Origin: an uncultured Synergistaceae bacterium
GTDB lineage: Bacteria > Synergistota > Synergistia > Synergistales > Aminiphilaceae
NCBI GenBank assembly: GCA_937868015.1
Contig: CALMLW010000153.1
Location: 1 to 54,067 of the forward strand
Direction of reading: 5' to 3'
Length of the DNA: 54,067 bases
Part shown: piece after piece, positions 35,444 through 44,477 of the stretch
Position numbering within the stretch: position 1 is the first letter of the stretch
How the letters are laid out: every line of letters starts with the position of its first letter
The notes under the pieces: generated by a model
The model's database searches: none
What the model saw: only the letters and a program-made list of their open reading frames with translations
What the model was told of the DNA's origin: nothing
Program-made: the position numbers and the translations under genes

Positions 35444-35483
35444 AAATGCTATTCGTAACACCACTTTCGAAGGAGCGATGGAC

Positions 35484-36512
35484 ATGCACATGGCTGACGC
35501 GCTGTTGTCCCCCGCCGTGGGCGGGGCGTTGTGGGCCGTCTCGGCGGGTTTGGTGGGATATGCTGCCCGGAAACTCGACCAGGATCCGGCCCCCTCCCGG
35601 GCGCCCCTCATGGGAGCCCTGGGAGCCTTTGTCTTCGCCGCCCAGATGATCAACTTCACCATTCCCGGCACGGGCTCCAGCGGCCATCTGGGAGGAGGGC
35701 TCCTGCTGGCGGCTCTGCTGGGTCCCCATGCGGCGTTTCTGGTGCTCACCTCGGTGCTGGCGGTCCAGGCGCTCTTTTTCGCCGATGGGGGACTGCTGGC
35801 CCTGGGGTGCAACATCTTCAACATGGGATTCTTTTCCTGCTTCGTGGCCTATCCCCTGATTTTCCGGCCTATGACGGGAGAAAACGCCTCTTCGCGGCGG
35901 ATCCTCGGCGCCTCCCTCGCCGCCTCCATCGTGGGCCTCGCGCTGGGAGCTCTGGCGGTGGTGCTTGAGACCGGCGCCTCGGGAATTTCCTCGCTCCCCT
36001 TCGGCACCTTCGTGTTGCTCATGCTCCCCATCCACCTGGCCATCGGCGTCGGAGAAGGGTTCATCACCGCCTCGGTGGTGCTCTTCGCCCGTCGGGTTCA
36101 GGGCATCGCCCCGGAACGTTCCGTCTCGCCCGGAAAACCGCTGGTCATGGCCCTCGTGGTTCTTGCCCTGCTCACGGGGGGAGTGCTTTCCTGGTTCGCC
36201 TCCACCCACCCCGACGGCCTGGAATGGTCCCTGTTCCACGCCACGGGCCAGGAAGAGGTGGAGGGCCCGGCCACTTCCGTGCACACCGCCCTGGCAAACG
36301 TCCAGGAACGTACCGCCCTCTTGCCCGATTACGCCCTCCCCGCTTCGGACATTTCCCCCGAGAGTTCCGCTCCGGAAGGTGATGCTTCCTGGCCTGCGGT
36401 GAGTGGCGGCACATCTCTGGCGGGGATCGCGGGGGGCCTTTTGACGGGACTCTTGGCCCTCGCCCTGGGATGGGGGCTGCGACGGCGGCAGGCGTGCCGC
36501 GCCTCTTCGTGA
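35484..36512 (+). CDS. cbiM: ECF-type Co/Ni transporter substrate-capture component CbiM/NikM fused to a C-terminal PDGLE domain
   Basis: Start placed at MHMADALLSP (AGGAG 8 nt upstream), since CbiM/NikM needs a Met-His N-terminus for metal coordination. The C-terminal about 110 aa contain THPDGLEW (PDGLE domain, as in CbiN/NikL). Confidence 0.85.
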   Translation: MHMADALLSPAVGGALWAVSAGLVGYAARKLDQDPAPSRAPLMGALGAFVFAAQMINFTIPGTGSSGHLGGGLLLAALLGPHAAFLVLTSVLAVQALFFADGGLLALGCNIFNMGFFSCFVAYPLIFRPMTGENASSRRILGASLAASIVGLALGALAVVLETGASGISSLPFGTFVLLMLPIHLAIGVGEGFITASVVLFARRVQGIAPERSVSPGKPLVMALVVLALLTGGVLSWFASTHPDGLEWSLFHATGQEEVEGPATSVHTALANVQERTALLPDYALPASDISPESSAPEGDASWPAVSGGTSLAGIAGGLLTGLLALALGWGLRRRQACRASS

Positions 36513-37309
36513 CCTCCCTCGAACACCGGCTCCGCGCCGCCTCCCACACCCTGGATTTTGGGCGGAGGCTTTCGCCGATCCACGACCTCGATCCCCGGAC
36601 AAAAATCGCCGTCACCGCCCTTTTTCTCGTGGTGACGGCGTCCTTTCCCTCCTCTGCTCCGGGGGACCTGGCCCCCCTGCTCTTTTTTCCCTGCGTCGTC
36701 GGCGCCCTGGCGGGAATTCCCGGCAGGGCGCTTCTGGGCCGGGCCCTGGTCCTCTCCCCCCTGGTTCTTTTGGTGGGGGTGGCGGAGCCCCTGTGGCACC
36801 GCACGCCGGTTATCATCGCCCCCGGCATCGCCCTCGCCGCCGGTTGGTTTTCCCTGCTGGGCATCGTGATGAAATTTGTTCTTTCGGTGAGCGGGGCGCT
36901 GCTGTTGCTTCGCACCACCCCCCTGGACGACCTCTGCTCCGGCCTCGTCCGGCTGAAGGTTCCCCGGGTGCTGGCCCTCCAGATCCTGCTCCTGGTGCGC
37001 TATCTTTTTCTCCTCGGGGACGAGGCCCTCCGCACGCTCCGGGCCCACGGGGCCCGCACCGGCGGACAATCCCCCTCCCTCGCCCTAGCGGGGCCCCTTC
37101 TGGGGAGCTTGCTGCTACGCACGCTGGCCCGGGGAGAACGCATCTCCCGGGCCATGGCGGCCCGGGAGTTCGGCATGGGGGCTCTGGAAGGCGCCGAAGC
37201 GCCTCTGGATCGCCGGAATCTGCTCTTTCTGGCGGGCTGGGGGGTCTTTTTTCTTCTGGTGCGCCTGAGGCCCCTCTCCCGCCTGGCGGAGATCGGGGGA
37301 CTTTCGTGA
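36509..37309 (+). CDS. cbiQ: ECF transporter transmembrane (T) component CbiQ
   Basis: GTG start in GTGA overlap with the cbiM stop. Hydrophobic CbiQ-like protein with C-terminal ARG-rich cytoplasmic motif (LRAHGARTGG). Confidence 0.75.
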   Translation: MTSLEHRLRAASHTLDFGRRLSPIHDLDPRTKIAVTALFLVVTASFPSSAPGDLAPLLFFPCVVGALAGIPGRALLGRALVLSPLVLLVGVAEPLWHRTPVIIAPGIALAAGWFSLLGIVMKFVLSVSGALLLLRTTPLDDLCSGLVRLKVPRVLALQILLLVRYLFLLGDEALRTLRAHGARTGGQSPSLALAGPLLGSLLLRTLARGERISRAMAAREFGMGALEGAEAPLDRRNLLFLAGWGVFFLLVRLRPLSRLAEIGGLS

Positions 37310-38037
37310 CCGCCCCCTTTTTTCAGGGACAGGACCTGGCCTTTTCCTACCCCGACGCCCCCGGGGCGCTGGAGGGGGTCTCCCTGGACCTCGCTCCGGG
37401 GGAGGCCTTGGGCATCGTGGGGGCCAATGGGGCGGGGAAATCCACGTTGTTGCTCCTTCTGGCGGGAGTTCTTCCCCCCTCCCGGGGACGTTTCGTCTTG
37501 GATGGGGCGAAGATCCCCACCCCCTTTCCTCCCTCCGTCCGCCGTCGCCTGGGGGTGGTGTTCCAGGATCCCGACGACCAGCTCTTTCTTCCCACGGTGT
37601 ACGAGGACGTGGCCTTCGGCCCCCGGCACCGGGGGCTCTCTCCCCAGGAGGTGCATGCCGCCGCCTGGGGAGCTCTGGAACGGGTGGGGGCTCGTCATCT
37701 GGCTCCCCGCATGCCCCACGCCCTCTCGGGAGGAGAAAAGCGCCTCGCGGCCCTCGCCGCCGCCCTGGCCCCCGCCCCCGACGTGCTCCTTTTGGACGAG
37801 CCCAGCGCCGCCCTGGATCCCCGGGCCCGGCGCCATCTCATCGAGCTGTTGCGCTCCCTCCCCGAAGCCCGGATCGTGGCTTCCCACGACCTGGACCTGG
37901 TGCTGGACGTATGCCCCCGGGTGATGATCCTCCGGGAAGGGCACCTCTTCGCCCAGGGGGCCACAGCGGATCTCCTGTACGACGCCCCCCTTCTGGACGC
38001 GGCGGGGTTGGAGCTTCCCCTCTCCCATCGTCCCTGA
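37306..38037 (+). CDS. cbiO: ECF transporter ATPase component CbiO
   Basis: GTG start in GTGA overlap with the cbiQ stop. Walker A GANGAGKST, Q-loop, ABC signature LSGGEKRL, Walker B LLLDEP. Confidence 0.85.
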   Translation: MTAPFFQGQDLAFSYPDAPGALEGVSLDLAPGEALGIVGANGAGKSTLLLLLAGVLPPSRGRFVLDGAKIPTPFPPSVRRRLGVVFQDPDDQLFLPTVYEDVAFGPRHRGLSPQEVHAAAWGALERVGARHLAPRMPHALSGGEKRLAALAAALAPAPDVLLLDEPSAALDPRARRHLIELLRSLPEARIVASHDLDLVLDVCPRVMILREGHLFAQGATADLLYDAPLLDAAGLELPLSHRP

Positions 38038-38060
38038 CGTTTCCACGTCCTGCCCCCTGC

Positions 38061-38089
38061 GGATCTCCTCGGCCTCGTGCCGAGGATCC
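38061..38089. other. palindromic stem-loop GGATC(T)CCTCGGC ctcgt GCCGAGGATCC 24 nt after the cbiO stop
   Basis: 11-bp inverted repeat with one bulge. No U-tract. Confidence 0.45.
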
Positions 38090-38090
38090 G

Positions 38091-38138
38091 CCCCACACCG
38101 ACCGAGGACCGGGGCGAAAGGTTTTTCGTCCCTACAGG
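38091..38138. repeat. copy A of a 48-bp direct repeat (CCCCACACCGACCGAGGACCGGGGCGAAAGGTTTTTCGTCCCTACAGG)
   Basis: 47/48 identical to copy B, 107 bp downstream. Contains an internal 9-bp hairpin GGGGCGAAA-ggtt-TTTCG(T)CCC. Confidence 0.7.
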
Positions 38139-38197
38139 ACCCCCCCGGGGAAATGCGCACGCCTCCGGGCAAAGAGGCATCGCCCACCGGACATCTG

Positions 38198-38245
38198 CCC
38201 CACACCGACCGAGGACCGGGGCGAAAGGTTTTTCGCCCCTACAGG
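38198..38245. repeat. copy B of the 48-bp direct repeat (…TTTTTCGCCCCTACAGG)
   Basis: The only difference from copy A converts a G-U pair to G-C in the internal hairpin (structure-preserving). Confidence 0.7.
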
Positions 38246-38305
38246 GCGCTCGCGCCCCCCATACACGGGCTCTCGCCCCAGCGCCCCTGGGAAAAGTTGA
38301 GTTCT

Positions 38306-40279
38306 TTACGCCCCCTGCACGCTCCGCTCTGCGGCCCGGCGGGCGGCCAGGCGCTCCAGGAACAGGAAGCTCACCAGTCCCAGCGCTGCGGCGATTTTCA
38401 CCACCGGATGGGGCCAAAAGGCCCCCACGCCCAGCGCCAAGGCCACGATGCGCTCCACTCCTCCCAGCGTGCGGAACATCCACCCCCGCCCCGCCGACGC
38501 CAGTCCCAGCACCCCCAGGACGGAAGCCACCACGAGAATCCCCAGAGGAAGAGGGGCCACGTCCTGCAGCAAGATCATGGGGGTGTAGACAAAGCTGTAG
38601 GGCAGGAGGTACGCCACCAGCGCCATGGTGGCGGCCTGGATCCCCGTCCGGGTGGGATCGGCACCGGCGATGCCCGCGCCGGTGAAGGCCGCCAGACACA
38701 CCGGAGGCGTGAGGTCCGCCATGATGCCGAAGTAGAAGACGAAGAGGTGGGCCGCCAGCGGCAGGGCCCCCAGCTTCACCAGCGCGGGGGCGATGATGGT
38801 GCTGCAGACGATGTAGTTCGCTGTGGTGGGAAGGCCCATGCCCAGCACCAGGCAGGCAATCATGGAGAGCACAAGCATGAAGAACAGGTTTCCTCCCGAA
38901 AGGTGGATGATGTTGTTGGAAAGGTTCAGCCCCAGGGAGGTGAGGGACGAGGCGCCCACCACGAATCCCACCAGGGCGCAGGCCATAGCCACCCCCAGGG
39001 AGCCCCGGGCGCCCTCGTCCAGGGCGGCGAGGATCTCTCGCCATCCCAGGCGGGAGCTGGAGCGGAGAGCCCCCACCAACACCACCGCCACAATGCCCCA
39101 GAAGGCCGAGGCAAGGGGGGTGAATTTCATCAGCAACATGGCAATGATCGCCCCCAGAGGGACGAGGAGATGGCCGTCTCGCCGAAGGACATCCCGGGGG
39201 CGGGGCAGGGAGGCCCGGTCGAGGCCCACCAATCCCAGAGCCCGGGCCCACAGATGGACGTTGATGAAAATAGCGCTGTAGTAGAGCAATGCCGGCAGAG
39301 CCGCCGCCGCTGCGATGGAGAGATAGGGCACCCCCAGGAGCTCGCTCATGATGAACGCCCCGGCCCCCATGATGGGAGGCATGAGCTGGCCGCCGGTGGA
39401 CGCACAGGCTTCCACCGCTCCGGCGTACTCCGGAGGGTATCCCACCCGTTTCATGAGGGGGATGGTGAAGGCCCCTGTGGTGGCCACGTTGGCCACCGAG
39501 GAGCCGTTGATGGTGCCGAGCAACCCCGAGGCCACCACCGCCACCTTGGCGGGGCCCCCGGGGCTGTGCCCCGCCAGGGCGAGGGCCAGCTCGTTGAAGA
39601 GCCGGGCGCCGCCGCTTTTGGCGAGGAAGGCGCCGAAGAGCACGAACATGAAGACAAAGGTGGCGGAAACCCCCAGTGCCACGCCGAAGATGCCCTCGGA
39701 CGTGAGATACATGTGTTGGATCACCCGGGCCACGGAATACCCCCGGTGCATGAACATGGCGGGGGCATACCGGCCGAAGAAGCAGTAGAGCAGGAAAAAC
39801 ACCGCCAGCATGGGGAGAACGTTTCCCAGGATGCGGCGCCCCGCTTCCACCACCAGGGCAAGGGTCATGTACCCCAGCACGATGTCCACGGGAAGGGGCT
39901 TGGCCCCCCGGTAGGCGATGTCGTTAAAGAAAAAGACGATGTACCCCGTACCGATGGCCGCCAGAAGGGCTAAGATCCAGTCATACCAGGGAATCCGGGT
40001 TTTATCGACCCTTTGGTGGGAGGGATAGAGCAGAAACACGGCCACCATGGCAAAGAGGAGGTGCACCGCCCGCTGGATGGAGGTGGGCAGAAGGCCGATC
40101 CCCGCCGTGTAGAGGTGAAAACAGGACATGGCCGCACACCAACATACCGCAAATTTTCCCGCAAAACCGGAAAGGCGACGGAAACGGCTTTCCACATCGT
40201 ATTGCTCCACCAGGTGCTGAATTTCTTTTTCTCCCAAGGAGTTCTTCTCAATGAGGTTCTCTCTACTTTCTTCTGCCAC
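38306..40279 (-). CDS. TRAP transporter fused 4TM/12TM permease (TAXI-type DctQM fusion)
   Basis: 657 aa polytopic protein with GTG start and AGGGGGA RBS. Typical TRAP large-permease sequence. Adjacent TAXI receptor gene upstream. Confidence 0.85.
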   Translation of the reverse strand: MAEESRENLIEKNSLGEKEIQHLVEQYDVESRFRRLSGFAGKFAVCWCAAMSCFHLYTAGIGLLPTSIQRAVHLLFAMVAVFLLYPSHQRVDKTRIPWYDWILALLAAIGTGYIVFFFNDIAYRGAKPLPVDIVLGYMTLALVVEAGRRILGNVLPMLAVFFLLYCFFGRYAPAMFMHRGYSVARVIQHMYLTSEGIFGVALGVSATFVFMFVLFGAFLAKSGGARLFNELALALAGHSPGGPAKVAVVASGLLGTINGSSVANVATTGAFTIPLMKRVGYPPEYAGAVEACASTGGQLMPPIMGAGAFIMSELLGVPYLSIAAAAALPALLYYSAIFINVHLWARALGLVGLDRASLPRPRDVLRRDGHLLVPLGAIIAMLLMKFTPLASAFWGIVAVVLVGALRSSSRLGWREILAALDEGARGSLGVAMACALVGFVVGASSLTSLGLNLSNNIIHLSGGNLFFMLVLSMIACLVLGMGLPTTANYIVCSTIIAPALVKLGALPLAAHLFVFYFGIMADLTPPVCLAAFTGAGIAGADPTRTGIQAATMALVAYLLPYSFVYTPMILLQDVAPLPLGILVVASVLGVLGLASAGRGWMFRTLGGVERIVALALGVGAFWPHPVVKIAAALGLVSFLFLERLAARRAAERSVQGA

Positions 40280-40355
40280 GAGGAGTCCCCCTTTCTCCGA
40301 TGCGAAAGGGGCGGCTCTCCGGCCGCCCCGCTTTTTTTCGCCTTGGAAGGTCTCG

Positions 40356-41306
40356 CTACTTCACCGCACCAATTTCTTTGTAGTACTTTTCTGCCCCGGG
40401 GTGAAGGGGGATCATGATGAACTTTACGTTCTCTGGAGCCATGTTTTCCATCTTGGAGTTCACCAACACCAGATCGGCCCGGTTCTCGAAGAGGGCCTTG
40501 GTCATGCGGTAGGCCAGTTCTTCATCGAGATCGGCCTTGACCCCCAGGATGTTCCAGCTGGCATAGGTCTTGACCTCGTTGGGCTGCCCCTTGTAGTAAT
40601 TTGCCGGAATGGTGAAGGGCACCCAGTAGGGGGTTTCCTTCATGACTTTTTCCAGAATGTCCTGGGGAACGTCGATGAAGTCCACCAGGCCCAGGGTGGT
40701 GGCTTCCACCACTCCCGCCATGCCCAAAGCCCCCACCATGACGGCGGCGTCGATGCGCTGATCGCCGAAGGCCCCCGTGGTGTCACCCACGCCGAGGTTT
40801 TCCGGGGTGATGTCCTTGTCGGGGTCCATGCCCGCAACCTTCAGGAGCTGCCGGGCCGTCACCTCGGTGCCGCTGGCCACGGCGCCGATGGAGACTTTCT
40901 TGCCCTTGAACTCTCCCAGGGTCTTGATGCCGCTCTGGCGGGCCACCATGAGCTGGACGGGTTCGGGATAGAGGGGCACCAGGGCCCGGAGGTTTTCCAT
41001 GGGTTTGCCTTCAAACTTTCCTGTGCCCGTGTAGGCGGCGTAGTAGGCCCCGTCCATGAAGCCCACTTCGGCCTCGTTGTCCGTCATGAGCTGGAGGTTG
41101 TTCACGGTGCCCCCGGTGGACTGGGCGTTGGCCTTCATGCCTTCGATCTTTTCGTTCCAGATCTTCGCCATGGCGGCCCCCACGGGGTAATAGGTGCCCC
41201 CGGTGCTTCCGGTGCCGATGTTGATAAACACCGTGGCCGAGGCCCCGGAGACCATGACACCGAGGACCACCATCGCCGCCATCCATCGCACAAAGGATCT
41301 TCGCAT
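40356..41306 (-). CDS. TAXI-family TRAP transporter solute receptor (periplasmic)
   Basis: 316 aa. Signal peptide and TGGTYYPVG motif characteristic of TAXI/Imp receptors. AGGGAGGG RBS. Confidence 0.85.
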   Translation of the reverse strand: MRRSFVRWMAAMVVLGVMVSGASATVFINIGTGSTGGTYYPVGAAMAKIWNEKIEGMKANAQSTGGTVNNLQLMTDNEAEVGFMDGAYYAAYTGTGKFEGKPMENLRALVPLYPEPVQLMVARQSGIKTLGEFKGKKVSIGAVASGTEVTARQLLKVAGMDPDKDITPENLGVGDTTGAFGDQRIDAAVMVGALGMAGVVEATTLGLVDFIDVPQDILEKVMKETPYWVPFTIPANYYKGQPNEVKTYASWNILGVKADLDEELAYRMTKALFENRADLVLVNSKMENMAPENVKFIMIPLHPGAEKYYKEIGAVK

Positions 41307-41403
41307 GACATTCCCTCCCTAGAAATAAACTTTGCTTCACGGCAATTCTGTCCCAAGATGTCGGAGGTGTCAAGGCCGGTTCGTCGTCTCGGGGGAAAAA
41401 TCG

Positions 41404-41424
41404 CTAGATTTTTCAAAAAACTAG
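41404..41424. promoter_or_regulatory. AT-rich palindrome CTAGATTTTTcAAAAAaCTAG in an unusually AT-rich 380-nt divergent intergenic region
   Basis: Seen directly. Lies between the TAXI-TRAP genes (minus) and a secreted-protein gene (plus); a TATACT -10-like hexamer is at about 41653. Confidence 0.3.
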
Positions 41425-41687
41425 GACCCAACTTTCACACAAAGAAGCCATAAATCCTTGCCATCACTAGCTTTCTATAAAAAGTCATCACTACGAGATG
41501 TCCTCCTTCGGGAGAAAGGTCACCATCGTAGCTCTCATTTCGCGGTAAAGCCGGCTGGAAGATGCGCGCCTCCCGGCAAAAGAAAGCGAAAGTCGGGTAA
41601 AGACATCGCCTAAAAGGTCGACCGAGGGGCGAGACGGGGCGGGGAAAGAGATGTATACTCTCGGGCTAGAGAATAGGGGGGGAGACC

Positions 41688-42212
41688 ATGGGGGGTAAGG
41701 CGGCGGTCAAGGCGTTGGTTCTGGCGGTGGCGTGGTGGGCCCTGGGGGCAAGTTCCGCTCCGGGATTTTCTTCCTCCTGGGCGGTTTATACCAACCCACG
41801 CTTCGGCTATACGGTGGACGTGCCTGCGGATTTCCCGGCGGGCGAGGCCCCGGAAAACGACGACGGCCGGACGTTTACCCCCCCGGGGCGCCAAGGGTCC
41901 GTGGCGGTCTACGGCTCCTTCAACGCCCTGGGGCACTCCCCCGAAGATCACCGGGAGTGGCTCAAAGAGGGTTTTGCCAACGCCGGGGGAAGGGCCCGGG
42001 TGACCTACGAGGCCACGGGGAAGAACTGGTGCGTCCTGTCGGGGTTCACCGCCGAGGGGGCCATCTTCTACCAACGGGTGCGCTTCTCTGCCGACGGGGA
42101 CACCATCATCGCGGTCCACTTCGTCTACCCCGAAGAGGACAAGGAGGAGTGGGATCCCGTGGTGGAGCGCATGGGAAAGACGCTCCGTTTCGTAGATGCG
42201 GAGGGAAACTAA
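41688..42212 (+). CDS. hypothetical secreted protein (signal peptide)
   Basis: 174 aa. MGGKAAVKALVLAVAWWALGASSAP signal peptide. GGGGGAG RBS. Confidence 0.55.
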   Translation: MGGKAAVKALVLAVAWWALGASSAPGFSSSWAVYTNPRFGYTVDVPADFPAGEAPENDDGRTFTPPGRQGSVAVYGSFNALGHSPEDHREWLKEGFANAGGRARVTYEATGKNWCVLSGFTAEGAIFYQRVRFSADGDTIIAVHFVYPEEDKEEWDPVVERMGKTLRFVDAEGN

Positions 42213-42245
42213 GATCGCGAGGGCCCATTCGGGCCCTCGCGATCT
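42213..42245. terminator. bidirectional rho-independent terminator: perfect 14-bp stem GATCGCGAGGGCCC attc GGGCCCTCGCGATC followed by TTTTT
   Basis: Immediately after the + strand gene stop, and 4 nt from the stop of the convergent aldehyde:ferredoxin oxidoreductase gene. Confidence 0.65.
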
Positions 42246-42248
42246 TTT

Positions 42249-43994
42249 TCACACCTCTTCGGGGAGGCCCACCATCCGGGCGTAGAGCTCCCTTCGAAGC
42301 TCCATGCGACCCCGGTCCACGGGGCCCGTGGCGGTGGTCCCGGAAAAGATCTTTTCCGGGATCTTTCCCCGGCGGGGGTCGGCGCCGCAGGCGATCTTGT
42401 AGGCGTATTTTCGCCGCAGGGCCTCTTCTCCCATCCGCTTTAGCTTTTCTCCGTCCCAGGAAAGGCCCAGGGCCCCGAGGCCCGCCAGCACCATCTCCTC
42501 GTCGTAGACCCCCCGAGCAAAGAGGCACGTCACCAGGGAATTGGTCACCATGCGCCACTGGGCGTCTTTCACCGCCGCGCCCACCTGCTCTTCCAGGGAG
42601 AGGGATTTGCCCAGGAGCTTTTGATCCGTGCCGTACCCCGGGTCGTCCAGGTGGGAGTGGCGCACCCCCATGAGATAGGTGAGGAGGGCATTTTCCCCCG
42701 TGAGGTACCCCGGGGCCCCCACGCCGCCGAAGTGTATGGCGAAGGCCTCTCCTCCGTACTTTGCCGCACAGAAGGCCACTCCTCGCTCCAGGTCGCGGAA
42801 GAACTCCCCCTCGCCTTTTCGAATGCGATGCATCGCCTGTAGGTACCCTCCTCCGTCGCCGAAGCGCAGGGGAAGGCCTTCGGTCTCCCGGAGCCCCACC
42901 ACCCCGGAAACGAAGGCCTCCGAGGCCCAGGCCAGGGCGGTGCCCATCCCCATGGCGTCCCATCCTTCTTTTTCCACCACGTCCACCAGGGATAGGACCT
43001 CCGGGGGGGAAGAGAGGCTCAGGAGGGTGCCCAGGGCGTAGATGAGCTCGTAATCGTAGGGAATCTTGGTGGTGCGGTAGTGAAATGGGGCAAAGGGCTC
43101 CCGGAGGGCCGCCATGTGGATGCAGCCGCAGGGGCAGTGGGCGCAGGCCATGTGTTGCACCAGGTAGTGCTCGGCGAAGGCCTCCCCCGAAAGGGCCTGG
43201 GCCCCCTCGAAAAAGCCCTGGGAAAAATTCCGGGTGGGGAGCCCTCCGATGGCGTTGAGGGGCAAGATGTTCCCCGCCGTGCCGAGGTCGTGATATTTTT
43301 TCATGTCATTTGAGGCCACCACCCGGTCGTAGATGGCGTCGTAGACCTGGCGATGTTCTCCCCGGTGGATGATCGGGGGGCCCCCGGTGCCGGAGACCAG
43401 GAAGGCTTTGAGGTTTTTCGACCCCATGACGGCCCCCAGGCCCAGACGGCCGAAGTGGCGCCCTCCGTCCACCGTGGCGCAGGCCAGGGGAGCGAGGCGC
43501 TCCCCCGCAGGGCCGATGCGAACCACGGAGCCCTTTCGCCCGTCCGGCGCGGCGTATTCCCGAAGGATGCGCTCCGACGCCAGGGCTGACTGACCCCACA
43601 CCGTGCGGGCCGAGGAGAAGGTCACTTCGTGATTCTCGATGGAAAGAAAGGTCGGGGAGGGGCTTTTTCCGGTGATCACCAGGGCGTCGATGGCCGCATC
43701 TCGAAGGGCCATGGCGAGGCGCCCCCCGGCGTGGGTCTCTCCCAGTTCGCCGTTGAGGGGGGACTTGAAGAGAGCCACTGTCTTGGTGGCCACGGGAAAA
43801 ACGGAGGAAAAGGGACCCGTGACGAAGATCAGGGCGCTCTGCTCCCCCAGGGGGTCTACTTCCGGGGGGGCGTACTGCCACAGGAGTTCGGTGCCCAGGG
43901 TCGTACCTCCCAGGAACCGATCAAAGAGTTCGGGGCGGCGCTCTCGGCGCGCCGTCCCCGTCGTCAGGTCTATGTGAAGGATGGTTTCCTGCAT
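42249..43994 (-). CDS. aor: aldehyde:ferredoxin oxidoreductase (tungstopterin AOR family)
   Basis: Start MQETILHIDLTTG at 43994 with AAAGGAGGG RBS. AOR_N and AOR_C domain sequence with the conserved Cys cluster-binding region (CAHCPCGC). Confidence 0.9.
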   Translation of the reverse strand: MQETILHIDLTTGTARRERRPELFDRFLGGTTLGTELLWQYAPPEVDPLGEQSALIFVTGPFSSVFPVATKTVALFKSPLNGELGETHAGGRLAMALRDAAIDALVITGKSPSPTFLSIENHEVTFSSARTVWGQSALASERILREYAAPDGRKGSVVRIGPAGERLAPLACATVDGGRHFGRLGLGAVMGSKNLKAFLVSGTGGPPIIHRGEHRQVYDAIYDRVVASNDMKKYHDLGTAGNILPLNAIGGLPTRNFSQGFFEGAQALSGEAFAEHYLVQHMACAHCPCGCIHMAALREPFAPFHYRTTKIPYDYELIYALGTLLSLSSPPEVLSLVDVVEKEGWDAMGMGTALAWASEAFVSGVVGLRETEGLPLRFGDGGGYLQAMHRIRKGEGEFFRDLERGVAFCAAKYGGEAFAIHFGGVGAPGYLTGENALLTYLMGVRHSHLDDPGYGTDQKLLGKSLSLEEQVGAAVKDAQWRMVTNSLVTCLFARGVYDEEMVLAGLGALGLSWDGEKLKRMGEEALRRKYAYKIACGADPRRGKIPEKIFSGTTATGPVDRGRMELRRELYARMVGLPEEV

Positions 43995-44008
43995 GGGGGG
44001 CCCTCCTT

Positions 44009-44419
44009 TTAGGCTTCTTCTTCCAGGGCCAGGACGCCGTTGGGGCAGTATCGGGCACAGGTGCCGCAGTGCACGCAGGGGATGGGGCGCCGGTCGTCGG
44101 CGTTCCACTGCAGGGCTCGGATCACGCAGGCCTGGACGCAGGCTCCGCAGGAAAGGCACCGCTCTTTGTCCAGGCGCACTCCCCCCCCTTCGACTTTTTT
44201 AAGCGCCCCAGAAGGGCAGGCGGCGGCACAGTCCGGTTCGGGGCATCGCAGGCAGGTGCGGAGGGAAAAGGCTCCCTCGACACCGGTGTAGGCCCGAACC
44301 CTCAGGGCCGCCCGATTGGTGGTGGCCATCCCCGCAAAGGTCCGGCTGCAGGCATACATGCAGGAGAAGCACCCGATGCAGCGGTCACGGTGAATCACTC
44401 GAAGAACTTTTCTGCCCAC
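44009..44419 (-). CDS. 4Fe-4S polyferredoxin (AOR-associated electron carrier)
   Basis: 136 aa with four CxxCxxCxxxCP-type motifs (CIGCFSCMYAC, CLRCPEPDCAAACP, CLSCGACVQAC, CVHCGTCARYCP). GTG start with GGAGGGAAGG RBS. Confidence 0.8.
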   Translation of the reverse strand: MGRKVLRVIHRDRCIGCFSCMYACSRTFAGMATTNRAALRVRAYTGVEGAFSLRTCLRCPEPDCAAACPSGALKKVEGGGVRLDKERCLSCGACVQACVIRALQWNADDRRPIPCVHCGTCARYCPNGVLALEEEA

Positions 44420-44477
44420 GTTCCCTTCCCTCCCTTCTTCGGGTCCCGAGGGGGCCCTCCGTCATTCCCGCCCCAAT

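Noticed and set aside
35180-35483. Possible cobalamin riboswitch or NikR operator upstream of cbiM
   Set aside because: No recognisable B12-box or GTATGA-N16-TCATAC dyad found by eye. Only a terminator-like hairpin and a sigma70-like promoter. Would need a covariance-model scan to exclude.
38153-39973. 606-aa + ORF and 518-aa minus ORF (37695-39251)
   Set aside because: Overlap the cbiO/TRAP-permease region in wrong frames or strands. The translated repeats (PTPTEDRGERFF) reflect the 48-bp DNA direct repeat, not a protein.
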